This document shows positions 46,113 through 55,010 of a stretch of 64,000 nucleotides of DNA, in pieces. Within the stretch, counting starts at the first letter, position 1; the number at the start of each line of letters is the position of its first letter. The notes beneath the pieces are model-generated. The model saw nothing but the letters and a program-made list of their open reading frames with translations. It did no database searches and had not been told where the DNA came from. Made by a program: the position numbers and the translations under genes. Source of the stretch: Gemmatimonadales bacterium (GTDB lineage: Bacteria; Gemmatimonadota; Gemmatimonadetes; Gemmatimonadales; GWC2-71-9); contig JBBQFH010000016.1 of NCBI GenBank assembly GCA_038321865.1, positions 1-64,000 on the forward strand, in the 5' to 3' direction.

Positions 46113-46673
46113 TCAGTCGTCATCGTGATCCCCTCCGCCCCCACCACCGCTTCCCGTTCCCCCCGTCCCCCCCGCGCCCGCGCCCGCGATCGTCAGTATC
46201 CCTGTAGCGGCGTCGAACGTCGCCGGCAGCGCCACCAGGTTTGACGTTGACTGGCCGCCAGTCCAGGCCCCGGCCGCTGAGAAGCGGGCGCCGTGATTCG
46301 GGCAGACGAAGCCGCTGCCGCTGATGTTGATCGTCGAGCCCGCGTGCGGACACACCATCGAGAACGCGGCGAAGCTGCCCGCATCGAGCCGGGTCACCGC
46401 TACCGGCAAGCCTGCGCCGCCGTCGACCCGCGCGATGGCTCCGACGGTGGCCAACGCGGGAAAGTCCGCAATACGAATGCTGAGTCCCGCTGAGGGAAAT
46501 GCGCCAGCGCCGGGACCAGGCGCACTCGGCCCAGATGGATCGATCGCGCCGCCGCAGGCGGTCGCGAGGGAGGCTGCGACCGCAGCGAGCATCGACCGGG
46601 ATACGAATTCACGTCGGCTCAGGGCCGGCTCGATCGGTCCAGACCCGGAATACAGCGGCAGCTCTCTCGACAT
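46113..46673 (-). CDS. Tat-exported Rieske [2Fe-2S] lipoprotein
   Basis: SRREF twin-arginine signal, ATAC lipobox, CPHAG...CPNHGARF. Confidence 0.88.
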   Translation of the reverse strand: MSRELPLYSGSGPIEPALSRREFVSRSMLAAVAASLATACGGAIDPSGPSAPGPGAGAFPSAGLSIRIADFPALATVGAIARVDGGAGLPVAVTRLDAGSFAAFSMVCPHAGSTINISGSGFVCPNHGARFSAAGAWTGGQSTSNLVALPATFDAATGILTIAGAGAGGTGGTGSGGGGGGDHDDD

Positions 46674-46694
46674 GGGGTCCTCCGGGCGCGAAGG

Positions 46695-47219
46695 TCAGAC
46701 TGCGACGGCCGCCGCGGCCCAGCCGGCGGCATCAGTATCCTGCTTGTGCATGGCTGCCAGGTCGACGACGACCGCTTCCCCGCTCCGGCGGATCGAAAAC
46801 CGATCCATCCCGCGAGTGGCACGGCCGGAAATGAACTGGCCGTCAGGCTGGTATCTCGACTTGTGCTTGGGGCACTGGAACCGGCTGTCCTCCGGCAGCC
46901 AGCGGAGCGCCGTATGCTGATGCGGACAGGACAGGGAAAAGGCGTAGACGTGGCCGGCGAAGCGGACGAGGATCACTTCCGCGTCACGGTCGATCGTTGC
47001 ACCGTCGTCGGTGGGAATCGGGTACGTTCGCTCGTCGCCGCCGACGCCGAGCGCCGCGCCGAATCGAATGGGAAGCGCCGCAGCGTCGAGGCGTGATCGG
47101 CCGAGGAAGGTCAGGAAACCGGCGATGACGACGGTCGCGTCGCGGAGGAAGGCGCGGCGGTCGTGCAGCGGGCAGTCGTCGCAGTCGGAGGAAGCGACGG
47201 ATGGCGGCAGTAGGGTCAC
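46695..47219 (-). CDS. Tat-exported Rieske [2Fe-2S] protein
   Basis: GTG start with GGAAGGA RBS; DRRAFL, CPHQ...CPKHKSRY; N-terminal CDDC. Confidence 0.85.
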   Translation of the reverse strand: MTLLPPSVASSDCDDCPLHDRRAFLRDATVVIAGFLTFLGRSRLDAAALPIRFGAALGVGGDERTYPIPTDDGATIDRDAEVILVRFAGHVYAFSLSCPHQHTALRWLPEDSRFQCPKHKSRYQPDGQFISGRATRGMDRFSIRRSGEAVVVDLAAMHKQDTDAAGWAAAAVAV

Positions 47220-47239
47220 GCTGGTTCCTTCCGGAGGTT

Positions 47240-47740
47240 TCAGCTGGCGTTGGCGAGAAATGTTCCGGCGAGCGTCACGGCGAACCAGAGCGTCAGACTG
47301 CCGAGCGCCCAACGCCGCAGCACTCTCCAGCCGTGGTCCGATGCCTGGTCCCTCCGCAGGCGCGCCTCGGCGCGGGTGAGCCCGAGCCCGTTCGCGAGCA
47401 GCAGCGCGACCAGTCCCATCTTGATCCAGAATGTCGGCGAGCGAACCAGCGGCTCGAGGTCGGCCGCGAGCATGAGCAACCCGCTGACCATGACGACCGA
47501 GAGCCCGACCAGCACCGGCTGATGCACCGCGCCCAACTCGTCCAGATGGGCCCGGCGCCGCGCTGCATCCGCGCCGACGGCGCGCAGCGTGCCACGATCG
47601 GCCGCGATCGCGAACCCACCTGCCGCGAGGAGTCCGCCAAAATGCACGAACGCGACGCCACTCTCGATCACGGGATGATCCCGATAGAGGCGGGCCCACG
47701 GCTCGACCATCGTCGCGAGCAGATGCAGGGCAAGCGTCAT
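47240..47740 (-). CDS. Four-TM membrane protein (DUF6644/DUF2214-like)
   Basis: HFGGLL, SGLLML, FWIKMGLVALLLANG, SLTLW. Confidence 0.7.
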   Translation of the reverse strand: MTLALHLLATMVEPWARLYRDHPVIESGVAFVHFGGLLAAGGFAIAADRGTLRAVGADAARRRAHLDELGAVHQPVLVGLSVVMVSGLLMLAADLEPLVRSPTFWIKMGLVALLLANGLGLTRAEARLRRDQASDHGWRVLRRWALGSLTLWFAVTLAGTFLANAS

Positions 47741-47742
47741 GG

Positions 47743-48330
47743 TCAATCCTTCCAGACAAGCATGAGGAGGTCGCCCGCGAGCGAGACGGCCATGGCGCTC
47801 ACGGCGAGCGTCTGGTGCAGACTCCGACGGCCGGCCGAGTCGTGAGCGTCCGACGCCACGATACCGGTTGCGGTGAAGCCGGCATCGGCGGTGAGCATGA
47901 GCAGGCTGTGGACGATTCGGCGGCTGCGGCCGGCGGGATCGTGCCGGCTGTCCCACAGGTTCCACACGCCGGTGACGGTGTTCACGGCGAACAGCCCGCC
48001 GATCGCCGACGCCAGGGGACGATGCCAGTGGCGCGCGAAGCTCGAGGCCTCGGTGCTGTGCAGCAGCAAATCGCGTCCCGCGAAATACTCCGCCACGAAC
48101 AGCGGCACCATCGTGTAGCTTGCGTACCGGTGGATGGTCAGGCGAACGGCGTATGCATCGCTGTACTCGATCGCGCGCGGACGACCGGTGTCGGCCGCTG
48201 CTGCACCCGGGACCCAGCTCCGCGCGGCGAATTCCGCCCGCGGCCGGGGGGACAGGTCGGCGGCGGGAACAGCCGCATCAGCGCCAGCACCGGTCGACAG
48301 GGCCGCGGCAATTTGGAGCAGCAGGAGCAT
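47743..48330 (-). CDS. Membrane protein with four TM histidines (possible b-type haem protein)
   Basis: ATG 48330 with GGAGGT RBS; IHRYAS, WHRPLA, VHSLLM and LHQTLA each begin a hydrophobic helix. Confidence 0.65.
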   Translation of the reverse strand: MLLLLQIAAALSTGAGADAAVPAADLSPRPRAEFAARSWVPGAAAADTGRPRAIEYSDAYAVRLTIHRYASYTMVPLFVAEYFAGRDLLLHSTEASSFARHWHRPLASAIGGLFAVNTVTGVWNLWDSRHDPAGRSRRIVHSLLMLTADAGFTATGIVASDAHDSAGRRSLHQTLAVSAMAVSLAGDLLMLVWKD

Positions 48331-48398
48331 CGCACCTCCGGGAACTGCGCGCGGGTGGCACGCCCCCGTCGGCGCGGCGCGCAATCAGGCTTCCGATG

Positions 48399-48413
48399 GC
48401 AAGCCGAGGGCCA
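48399..48413 (-). promoter_or_regulatory. sigma54 (-24/-12) promoter of the Rieske operon
   Basis: Minus strand TGGCCC-TCGGC-TTGC, 68 nt before ATG 48330. Confidence 0.6.
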
Positions 48414-48498
48414 CGCTGCGGCGCTTCGTAAACCGTTATGGCATGCCTGATTGGCAAAACTGAAGGCGAGAGTGCGCACTTGGGGAAGGAATGTTTCG

Positions 48499-48876
48499 TT
48501 ACTGCGCGGACGAATCGTTACGCCGGAGAGCCTCCATCCTCCAATAGATCGCCACATTGAATGCGATAACGATGGCGCCGAGCACCAGCTGCACCGCCCG
48601 GGTCAGTCCGTGCGGATAGAGCACCGGCATGATATAGTGATCGATGAATCCGCCCTGGTAGCCGGTGAGGCCGGCCTGGCGGCGAAGCGAGTTCTCCAGC
48701 GGCGTCAGCGGGCAGATCCGCCCGCTGAATTCCACGAAGGCCCCCCAGCACGCGGCCGGCAGGTGCACCCAGCGTACCGACGGCCACCGCAGCACCAGCA
48801 ACCCTCCGAACAGCACGAACAGCACGAACGCGAAATGCAGCGCGACGACGAGGCCGGCGAGCACGCCGTCACTCAC
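48499..48876 (-). CDS. DUF2784 family membrane protein
   Basis: HFAFVLFV, WVHLPA, ICPLTPLEN, GFIDHYI. Confidence 0.85.
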   Translation of the reverse strand: MSDGVLAGLVVALHFAFVLFVLFGGLLVLRWPSVRWVHLPAACWGAFVEFSGRICPLTPLENSLRRQAGLTGYQGGFIDHYIMPVLYPHGLTRAVQLVLGAIVIAFNVAIYWRMEALRRNDSSAQ

Positions 48877-50930
48877 GAAGCGGCGGCGTGCTCCTGCTGG
48901 TTCTCCGCCGCCACCTTCGTCGTCACCTCCGGCGGCGCCTCGGCGTACCCGTGCGGCTTCACCCGGTGCGTGCCCCGGCCGTGGGTGATCGAATGCAGGG
49001 TCGTGGAGTAGCGGTACAGCTCCGCTTCCGGCACGATGGCGCGCACCTTCGTGAGTCGCCCGTCGGCTTCGGTCCCGATGATGTGGCCGCGTCGCGCGCT
49101 CAGATCACCCATCACGTCGCCCAGCACGTCGTCCGGCGCCCAGACGTGAATCTCGGCAAGCGGCTCGAGCAGGACCGGCCGGCACTTCGGCGCGACATTC
49201 CGGAATGCCAGGATGCCGGCCATCTTGAACGACATCTCATTCGAGTCCACGTCGTGATACGAGCCGTCGAAGCACTCGGCCTTGAAGTCCACCATCGGAT
49301 AGCCCGCGACGACGCCGCGCACGGCCGACTCCTGGATGCCCCGATCCACCGCGGGAATGAACTTGTTCGGGATGACGCCGCCGACGATGCTGTCCTGGAA
49401 GGCGTATCCCTCGCCGCGAGGCTGGGGAGACAGTCGCACCCAGCAGTCGCCGTACTGCCCCCGGCCGCCCGACTGCTTCTTGTGCTTGCCCTGGCCTTCA
49501 CCCTTGCTCCGAAGCGTTTCCCGGTAGGCGACCCGCGGACGGGCCAGCTCCGCGTGCACGCCGAACTTGCGCTCGAGCCGGCCGAGGATCGTGTCGAAAT
49601 GCCGCTCGCCCATCCCGTGGATCAGGGTCTGCCCCAGCTCTGAGCTGTATTCGAAGTGGAAGGTCGGATCCTCCTCGTGGATCCGGTGAAGACCCGCCGC
49701 CAGCTTGTCCTCCTCGCCGCGCTGCTTGACCACCACCGCCGACGTCGCGACCGCGTCGGGAAAGGGCACCGGGGGGAGCCGCACCGGATGGTCGCGGCGG
49801 CTGAAGGTGTCATTGGTATGCGTGTTCTTCAGCTTGGCGACCGACCCGATATCACCGGCGCAGAGCCGCTCCACCTCGATCCGCTCGCGCCCCTGCTGCA
49901 CCGACAGGTGGTTCAGCTTTTCGCTCACCTCATGCTCGGCGTTCCAGACCTCGTCGCCGTTCCGGAGGTCGCCCGCGAAGAGGCGGAAGAGCGTGACGTC
50001 GCCGACGTGAGGTTCCGACACCGTCTTGAACACCCGAGCCACGAGCGGTGCCCCCGGCTCGACCCCGGGCCGTGGCCGCGCTTCGAGCGGTGACGGGACC
50101 AGCTCGACCATCTTCTTGAGCAGCGTCCGCACGCCATACGTCAGCTCCGCACTGCCGCAGAACAGCGGGACGATCGCACCCTCGAGCATGCCGCGCTTGA
50201 CGGCCGCGACGAATTCCTCGCGGGGGATCTCCTCACCCGACAGGTACCGCTCGATCAGCGCGTCGTCGGTGGAGGCGACGGCCTCGGTGAACTGCTCGGT
50301 GTAGTGACCGAACTGCCGTTCATGCTGCGGCGGACAGGGCACGATATCGTACTCACCGTTCTTCGTCCCCTTGCGGTAGCTGTGGCAATGGCCGGAGAAG
50401 AGGTTGATGATGCCCTGAAAGTCGCGGCCGTCGCCGATCGGCACTTCCACCGGCACCACGTTGGGTGTCAGGTGCGCCTTGACGTCCTGGTACACCCGCT
50501 CGAAGTCGGCGTGGTCCTTGTCCATGCCGGACACGAACAGCATGCGCGGCAGATGCAGCTGGTCGCAGAGTTCCCACGCCTTCTCGGTCCCGACCTCGAC
50601 GCCGGCGGTGCTGCTCAGTACGACGACCGCCGCATCGGCGGCGTAGACGCCGCCGACCACCTCGCCGAAGTAGTCGAGGTAGCCCGGCGTGTCGAGCAGG
50701 TTGAGCTTGGTGTCCATCCACTCGGCATGGGCGAGTCCCAGCCCGATGGAATGCTTGCGTTCGATTTCGTCCGGGGAGTGATCGGTGAGGGTGGTGCCGT
50801 CCCTGATCGAGCCGTGCCGGCGGCTGGAGCCCGACACGAACGCAAGCGCGTCTACGAGAGATGTCTTTCCGCTCCCGCCGTGCCCGACGAAGGCGACGTT
50901 GCGGATCGCGCTGGAGCCATAGACTTTCAT
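48873..50930 (-). CDS. fusA: Elongation factor G paralog (EF-G2)
   Basis: IRNVAFVGHGGSGKT, DTPG, HKKQSGGRGQYG, GSYHDVDS; outside the str operon; ATG 50930 with strong RBS. Confidence 0.92.
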   Translation of the reverse strand: MKVYGSSAIRNVAFVGHGGSGKTSLVDALAFVSGSSRRHGSIRDGTTLTDHSPDEIERKHSIGLGLAHAEWMDTKLNLLDTPGYLDYFGEVVGGVYAADAAVVVLSSTAGVEVGTEKAWELCDQLHLPRMLFVSGMDKDHADFERVYQDVKAHLTPNVVPVEVPIGDGRDFQGIINLFSGHCHSYRKGTKNGEYDIVPCPPQHERQFGHYTEQFTEAVASTDDALIERYLSGEEIPREEFVAAVKRGMLEGAIVPLFCGSAELTYGVRTLLKKMVELVPSPLEARPRPGVEPGAPLVARVFKTVSEPHVGDVTLFRLFAGDLRNGDEVWNAEHEVSEKLNHLSVQQGRERIEVERLCAGDIGSVAKLKNTHTNDTFSRRDHPVRLPPVPFPDAVATSAVVVKQRGEEDKLAAGLHRIHEEDPTFHFEYSSELGQTLIHGMGERHFDTILGRLERKFGVHAELARPRVAYRETLRSKGEGQGKHKKQSGGRGQYGDCWVRLSPQPRGEGYAFQDSIVGGVIPNKFIPAVDRGIQESAVRGVVAGYPMVDFKAECFDGSYHDVDSNEMSFKMAGILAFRNVAPKCRPVLLEPLAEIHVWAPDDVLGDVMGDLSARRGHIIGTEADGRLTKVRAIVPEAELYRYSTTLHSITHGRGTHRVKPHGYAEAPPEVTTKVAAENQQEHAAAS

Positions 50931-51005
50931 GGTCTCCACCTCCTGAGGATGGTTGGATCCTCATTTTGGGCCGGCTTTCACCGGATGTCAAATGGGCGCA
51001 CCATA

Positions 51006-51722
51006 ATGACTGCCAAACCCGATTATGGCCTCGACGCGCCCGGCGTCGTGCGCAACATGTTTCTGGCCGCCCTCGCGACCGCCGGGCTGGCGGTGGTCGG
51101 CCGAACCCGGGCGATCCCTGCGCTCACCTCCGCCGGCGCATGGATGGCGGTGAGCTTCATGCTCAGCGGATTGCTGATGATCGCCAGCAGCCGGGTCGGG
51201 AAGCTGCGGGCGCGTGACCGCCTGCTCGACCGCCTGCGACTTGCCGGGGATGAACGGGTGCTCGACGTCGGCTGCGGCCACGGCCTGCTGCTGATCGGCG
51301 CCGCGCGGCGGGTGCCGCAGGGCCGCGCCGTGGGCATCGACCTCTGGTCGGCGACCGACCAGCACGACAATCGCGCCGACGCCACGCTGGCCAACGCTCG
51401 GGCGGAAGGGGTGGCCGAGCGCGTCGAGGTGCGGGACGGAGACATGCGAGCGCTCCCGTTCGACGACGGCTCGTTCGATGTCGTGGTGTCGAGCCTCGCG
51501 GTGCAAAACGTTGCGGACCGGGCCGGCCGGCGGACCGCCATGCGTGAGATCTGCCGCGTCCTCCGGCCCGGCGGGCGGGTCGCGCTGATGGACATCGCGC
51601 ACGTGGCGGAGTATGCCTCCGACCTGAAGGAGGCCGGGCTCCTCTCCGTGCGGGCCGGCGGCTGGAGTCCCTGGATTTTCCCGCCGACCCGCACCGTCAC
51701 CGGCACGAAGGCCGCGTCCTAG
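51006..51722 (+). CDS. Class I SAM-dependent methyltransferase with N-terminal TM hairpin
   Basis: YGLDAP, VLDVGCGHG, GDMRALPF, RVLRPGG. Confidence 0.9.
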   Translation: MTAKPDYGLDAPGVVRNMFLAALATAGLAVVGRTRAIPALTSAGAWMAVSFMLSGLLMIASSRVGKLRARDRLLDRLRLAGDERVLDVGCGHGLLLIGAARRVPQGRAVGIDLWSATDQHDNRADATLANARAEGVAERVEVRDGDMRALPFDDGSFDVVVSSLAVQNVADRAGRRTAMREICRVLRPGGRVALMDIAHVAEYASDLKEAGLLSVRAGGWSPWIFPPTRTVTGTKAAS

Positions 51723-53617
51723 CGGTACCCGGCCGCCTGCAGCTGGAAGAGCTCCGAATAGAGTCCGCCATTGGTGAGCAGAGTGGCATGGGTGCCCTGC
51801 TCCACGATCTCGCCCCCCTTGAGCACCAGAATCCGGTCGGCCATGCGGACCGTTGAGAACCGGTGGGAGATGAGCACGGCCATCTTGCCCTTGGTCAGCT
51901 CCGAGAAACGGAGGAACACCTCGTACTCGGCGCGGGCGTCGAGGGCGGCGGTGGGCTCGTCGAGAATCAGGAGCTGGGCCTCGCGCATGTAGGCGCGGGC
52001 CAACGCCACCTTCTGCCACTCCCCTCCCGAGAGGTCCACGCCGGTCTCGAACCGCCGCCCGAGCATCTGCTGGTAGCCGCCGCCCAGCCGCTCGGCCACC
52101 GAATCGGCGAGACTTCGCGACGCGGCCTCATGGATCACCGGATCGTTCTCCAGCTCCGCAATGTTGCCGACCGCGATATTCTCGCGAAGCATGAAATCGT
52201 AGCGCACGAAGTCCTGAAAGATCACGCCGACGTTCCGGCGGAGGCTTTCGACGTCATACTCCCGGAGGTCCACGCCGTCGAGCAGGATGCGGCCTTCGCT
52301 CGGATCGTAGAGCCGCACCAGCAGCTTGGCGAGCGTCGTCTTGCCGGCGCCGTTCTCCCCGACCAGCGCGAGCCGCTCTCCGGCGCCGAGGGCAAAGGTG
52401 AGCCCGCGCACCGCCCAGCGTTCGGATCCGGGGTAGCGGAACCCCACGTGTTCGAAGGTGAAGCCGCCGGTGATCGGCTGCGGAATCGGGTGCGCCGTTC
52501 CCTGGGTCACGATGCGGGGTCTGAGCTCGAGAAAGCTGAAGAGATCGTCGAGATAGAGGCTCTGCTCGAACACCTGGGCCAGCGAGAGCAGCACCCGCTG
52601 GATCAGGTCCCGGCTCTGCCGGAAGGAGCCCGCGAGAAAGGTCAGCACGCCGATGGTGAACAGCCCGCCGCCGCGCGAGTGGTAGCCGATGACGGTGAGA
52701 TAAATGATGACGCCGTACGCGGCGTAGTACCCCAGCGTCCCGACCGCGCCGAGCACGGTGGACACGATGCTGCGGCGGACGGCAAGAGCGCGATTGACCT
52801 CGTAGAACTCCTGGGAAAGTCGATCGTACCGGCCCACCAGGAAGTCCGACAAGCCGAACAGTTTCATCTCCTTGGCGCTGATGTCGCTGGCGCCGATGTA
52901 GCGGAGGTAATCGAGCTGCCGCCGCTCCGGGGTCCAGGAGAAGAGCAGCGAGTAGCCGAGCGCCGCGTAATGGGTCTCGCCCAGCAGTGACGGCAGCACG
53001 GCGATGACCAGCAGCACCAGCAGCCAGGGCACGTAGACGGCCAGCGCGGCCGCCAGGGTGGCGAGGGTGATCGCGTCCTGCACGGTGCCGAGCAGCAGCG
53101 TGAACAGCCCGATGCGATTGACCGTCTGCCGGCGGGCGCGGTCGAGCTTGTCGTAGATTTCGGCGTTCTCGAGCTGCTCCAGGTCCAGCGCGGCCGCGTG
53201 CCGCATCAGCTCGACGCTGGTCCGATTGGCGAACAGGTCGCCGAGCAGGCTTTCCAGCAGCGCCGACAGCCGGCTCAGCCCCTCGCCGACCAGCGCGATC
53301 GCCAGCTCCGTCCCCACCAGGGCGGCCAGGTGACGCCACGGCGGCGGGGCGCCGTGCTGTGCCGCCGCCGCGGCGGCGATGACGCCGTCGACGATCAGCT
53401 TGCCGATCCAGAGTACGGCGAGCGGCACCACCGCGCGGAGCACCCGGAGCACGACGATCCCGACCACGAATCGCGGCTCCGTGCCCCATACGAGCCTCAG
53501 CAGCTGCGGGAGATGCCGCGCGGCCGCCAGGCGCTCGCGCCAGGATCGGGGTGTGGGGTCCGGCTTCCCGCGGGGGGACCCCGGACGTACACTCGGTGGG
53601 CCGAACGGCATGCTCAT
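51719..53617 (-). CDS. ABC transporter, fused permease/ATP-binding protein
   Basis: GENGAGKT, LSGGEWQ, ILDEPT; N-terminal TM domain. Confidence 0.93.
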   Translation of the reverse strand: MSMPFGPPSVRPGSPRGKPDPTPRSWRERLAAARHLPQLLRLVWGTEPRFVVGIVVLRVLRAVVPLAVLWIGKLIVDGVIAAAAAAQHGAPPPWRHLAALVGTELAIALVGEGLSRLSALLESLLGDLFANRTSVELMRHAAALDLEQLENAEIYDKLDRARRQTVNRIGLFTLLLGTVQDAITLATLAAALAVYVPWLLVLLVIAVLPSLLGETHYAALGYSLLFSWTPERRQLDYLRYIGASDISAKEMKLFGLSDFLVGRYDRLSQEFYEVNRALAVRRSIVSTVLGAVGTLGYYAAYGVIIYLTVIGYHSRGGGLFTIGVLTFLAGSFRQSRDLIQRVLLSLAQVFEQSLYLDDLFSFLELRPRIVTQGTAHPIPQPITGGFTFEHVGFRYPGSERWAVRGLTFALGAGERLALVGENGAGKTTLAKLLVRLYDPSEGRILLDGVDLREYDVESLRRNVGVIFQDFVRYDFMLRENIAVGNIAELENDPVIHEAASRSLADSVAERLGGGYQQMLGRRFETGVDLSGGEWQKVALARAYMREAQLLILDEPTAALDARAEYEVFLRFSELTKGKMAVLISHRFSTVRMADRILVLKGGEIVEQGTHATLLTNGGLYSELFQLQAAGYR

Positions 53618-53651
53618 GCAGGGAAGCTAATCACAACGGAAGAGGCCTCGA

Positions 53652-54269
53652 ATGCACGGCGTGTACTTCCCCGACCTGGTCCACAACCTGCTCCGGTTCG
53701 GCACTCCGGACAGTGACGCGTTCCCGGTCTCGCTGCTCGAAAAGATGATCCGGCCGGTCGTGGTCTACCTCCTGCTGGTCTTTGCCCTCCGGCTCTGGGG
53801 CAAGCGGGTGCTGGCACAGCTGAACCCGTTCGATCTCGTGGTGCTGCTGACGCTGTCCAACACGGTGCAGAACGCGATCATCGGCAACGACACGTCGCTC
53901 TCCGGCGGCATCATCGGGGCCGCCACGCTGCTGGCGATCAACGCCGCGCTGGTGCGCGTCTTCTACCGCGGCCCCAGCAAGGATGCGATCACCGAGGGCG
54001 GCGGGGACATCTGCCTTGTGGCCGGCGGTGCCGCGCAGGATGCGGAGATGAGCCGGCTCCACATCAACATGGGCGAGCTGGTGGCCAAGGCGCACGAACG
54101 GGGATTCGATTCGCTGAGCGAGGTCGAGACGGTCACGCTGTATCCCAACGGCACGCTCTACTTCATGGGACGGCATGCCACCAGCGAGTCGGCGCGGCAC
54201 GCGGAAGTCATGCACCAGCTCGGCCTGCTGCAGCGTGAGGTGGCGACGCTGGCCGCCATGCGGCGCTGA
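53652..54269 (+). CDS. DUF421/YetF family membrane protein
   Basis: LRLWGKRVLAQLNPFDLVVLL...VQNAI. Confidence 0.85.
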   Translation: MHGVYFPDLVHNLLRFGTPDSDAFPVSLLEKMIRPVVVYLLLVFALRLWGKRVLAQLNPFDLVVLLTLSNTVQNAIIGNDTSLSGGIIGAATLLAINAALVRVFYRGPSKDAITEGGGDICLVAGGAAQDAEMSRLHINMGELVAKAHERGFDSLSEVETVTLYPNGTLYFMGRHATSESARHAEVMHQLGLLQREVATLAAMRR

Positions 54270-54271
54270 CC

Positions 54272-54496
54272 ATGCCATCCCCCGCGGGCGACGTCCTCGT
54301 CTCGCGCTGCATCTGCCGCCGGACGCCATTCGCCGACCTGCTACCGCTGGCGCGAGCCGGCGGCTGGATGCTTGAGGATCTCATTCGGCAGACCGGCTGC
54401 GGCGACCAGTGCAGACTCTGCCGTCCCTACCTTCGATGCATGCTCGCCACCGGCCAGACGGAGTTCTTCCAGCTGCTGCCCCCGGAAGCGGGCTGA
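54272..54496 (+). CDS. Bfd-like [2Fe-2S]-binding protein
   Basis: CIC...TGCGDQCRLC spacing. Confidence 0.75.
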   Translation: MPSPAGDVLVSRCICRRTPFADLLPLARAGGWMLEDLIRQTGCGDQCRLCRPYLRCMLATGQTEFFQLLPPEAG

Positions 54497-54554
54497 GCTG
54501 CCGGCAGGCCAGGGGCGTCTGGCGGCGGGTCCGGCGCTCGTATACGTTCTCTGG

Positions 54555-54947
54555 ATGGTCAAGCTCGTCCACGCGTCCCGCCACCACTGGTCCCGCCGGG
54601 CCCGCAGCGCGGTCGCCGCGCTCGCGGTCGCGGTGCAGATGGTGCTGCTGCTCGCCCCGCTGGGGGAGCTGCGGGAGGCCCGGGCCATTGCGGCGGACTT
54701 CGTCACGGATGCCGCCGCGCCGGGTGGACAGCTGGTCACGCCCGCCCACCAGCCGACCCGGGCGCACAACGAGGCGACGTGTCCTGCCTGCATCGCACGC
54801 TCGATGCAGGCGCGGCTCGAATCGCGGGCACCCCTGCCGGTCCTGGTGGTCGCCGAGCGCGCGCCGGCCGAGCCGGTGTCCACCCGGCCGCCGCACGCCG
54901 AGCTCTACGCTTCCCACCTTTCCCGCGCTCCTCCCGTCGCAGGCTGA
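54555..54947 (+). CDS. DUF2946-like leader protein (CxxC and C-terminal RAPP)
   Basis: Hydrophobic signal-like segment, HNEATCPAC, ends SRAPPVAG; directly upstream of the TolC gene. Confidence 0.75.
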   Translation: MVKLVHASRHHWSRRARSAVAALAVAVQMVLLLAPLGELREARAIAADFVTDAAAPGGQLVTPAHQPTRAHNEATCPACIARSMQARLESRAPLPVLVVAERAPAEPVSTRPPHAELYASHLSRAPPVAG

Positions 54948-55010
54948 GTTCCCCCGTTCGACGAGGCAGGCCCATCCGGGCGTGCCCCGAGCCACCGCGA
55001 CAGGGACAGC

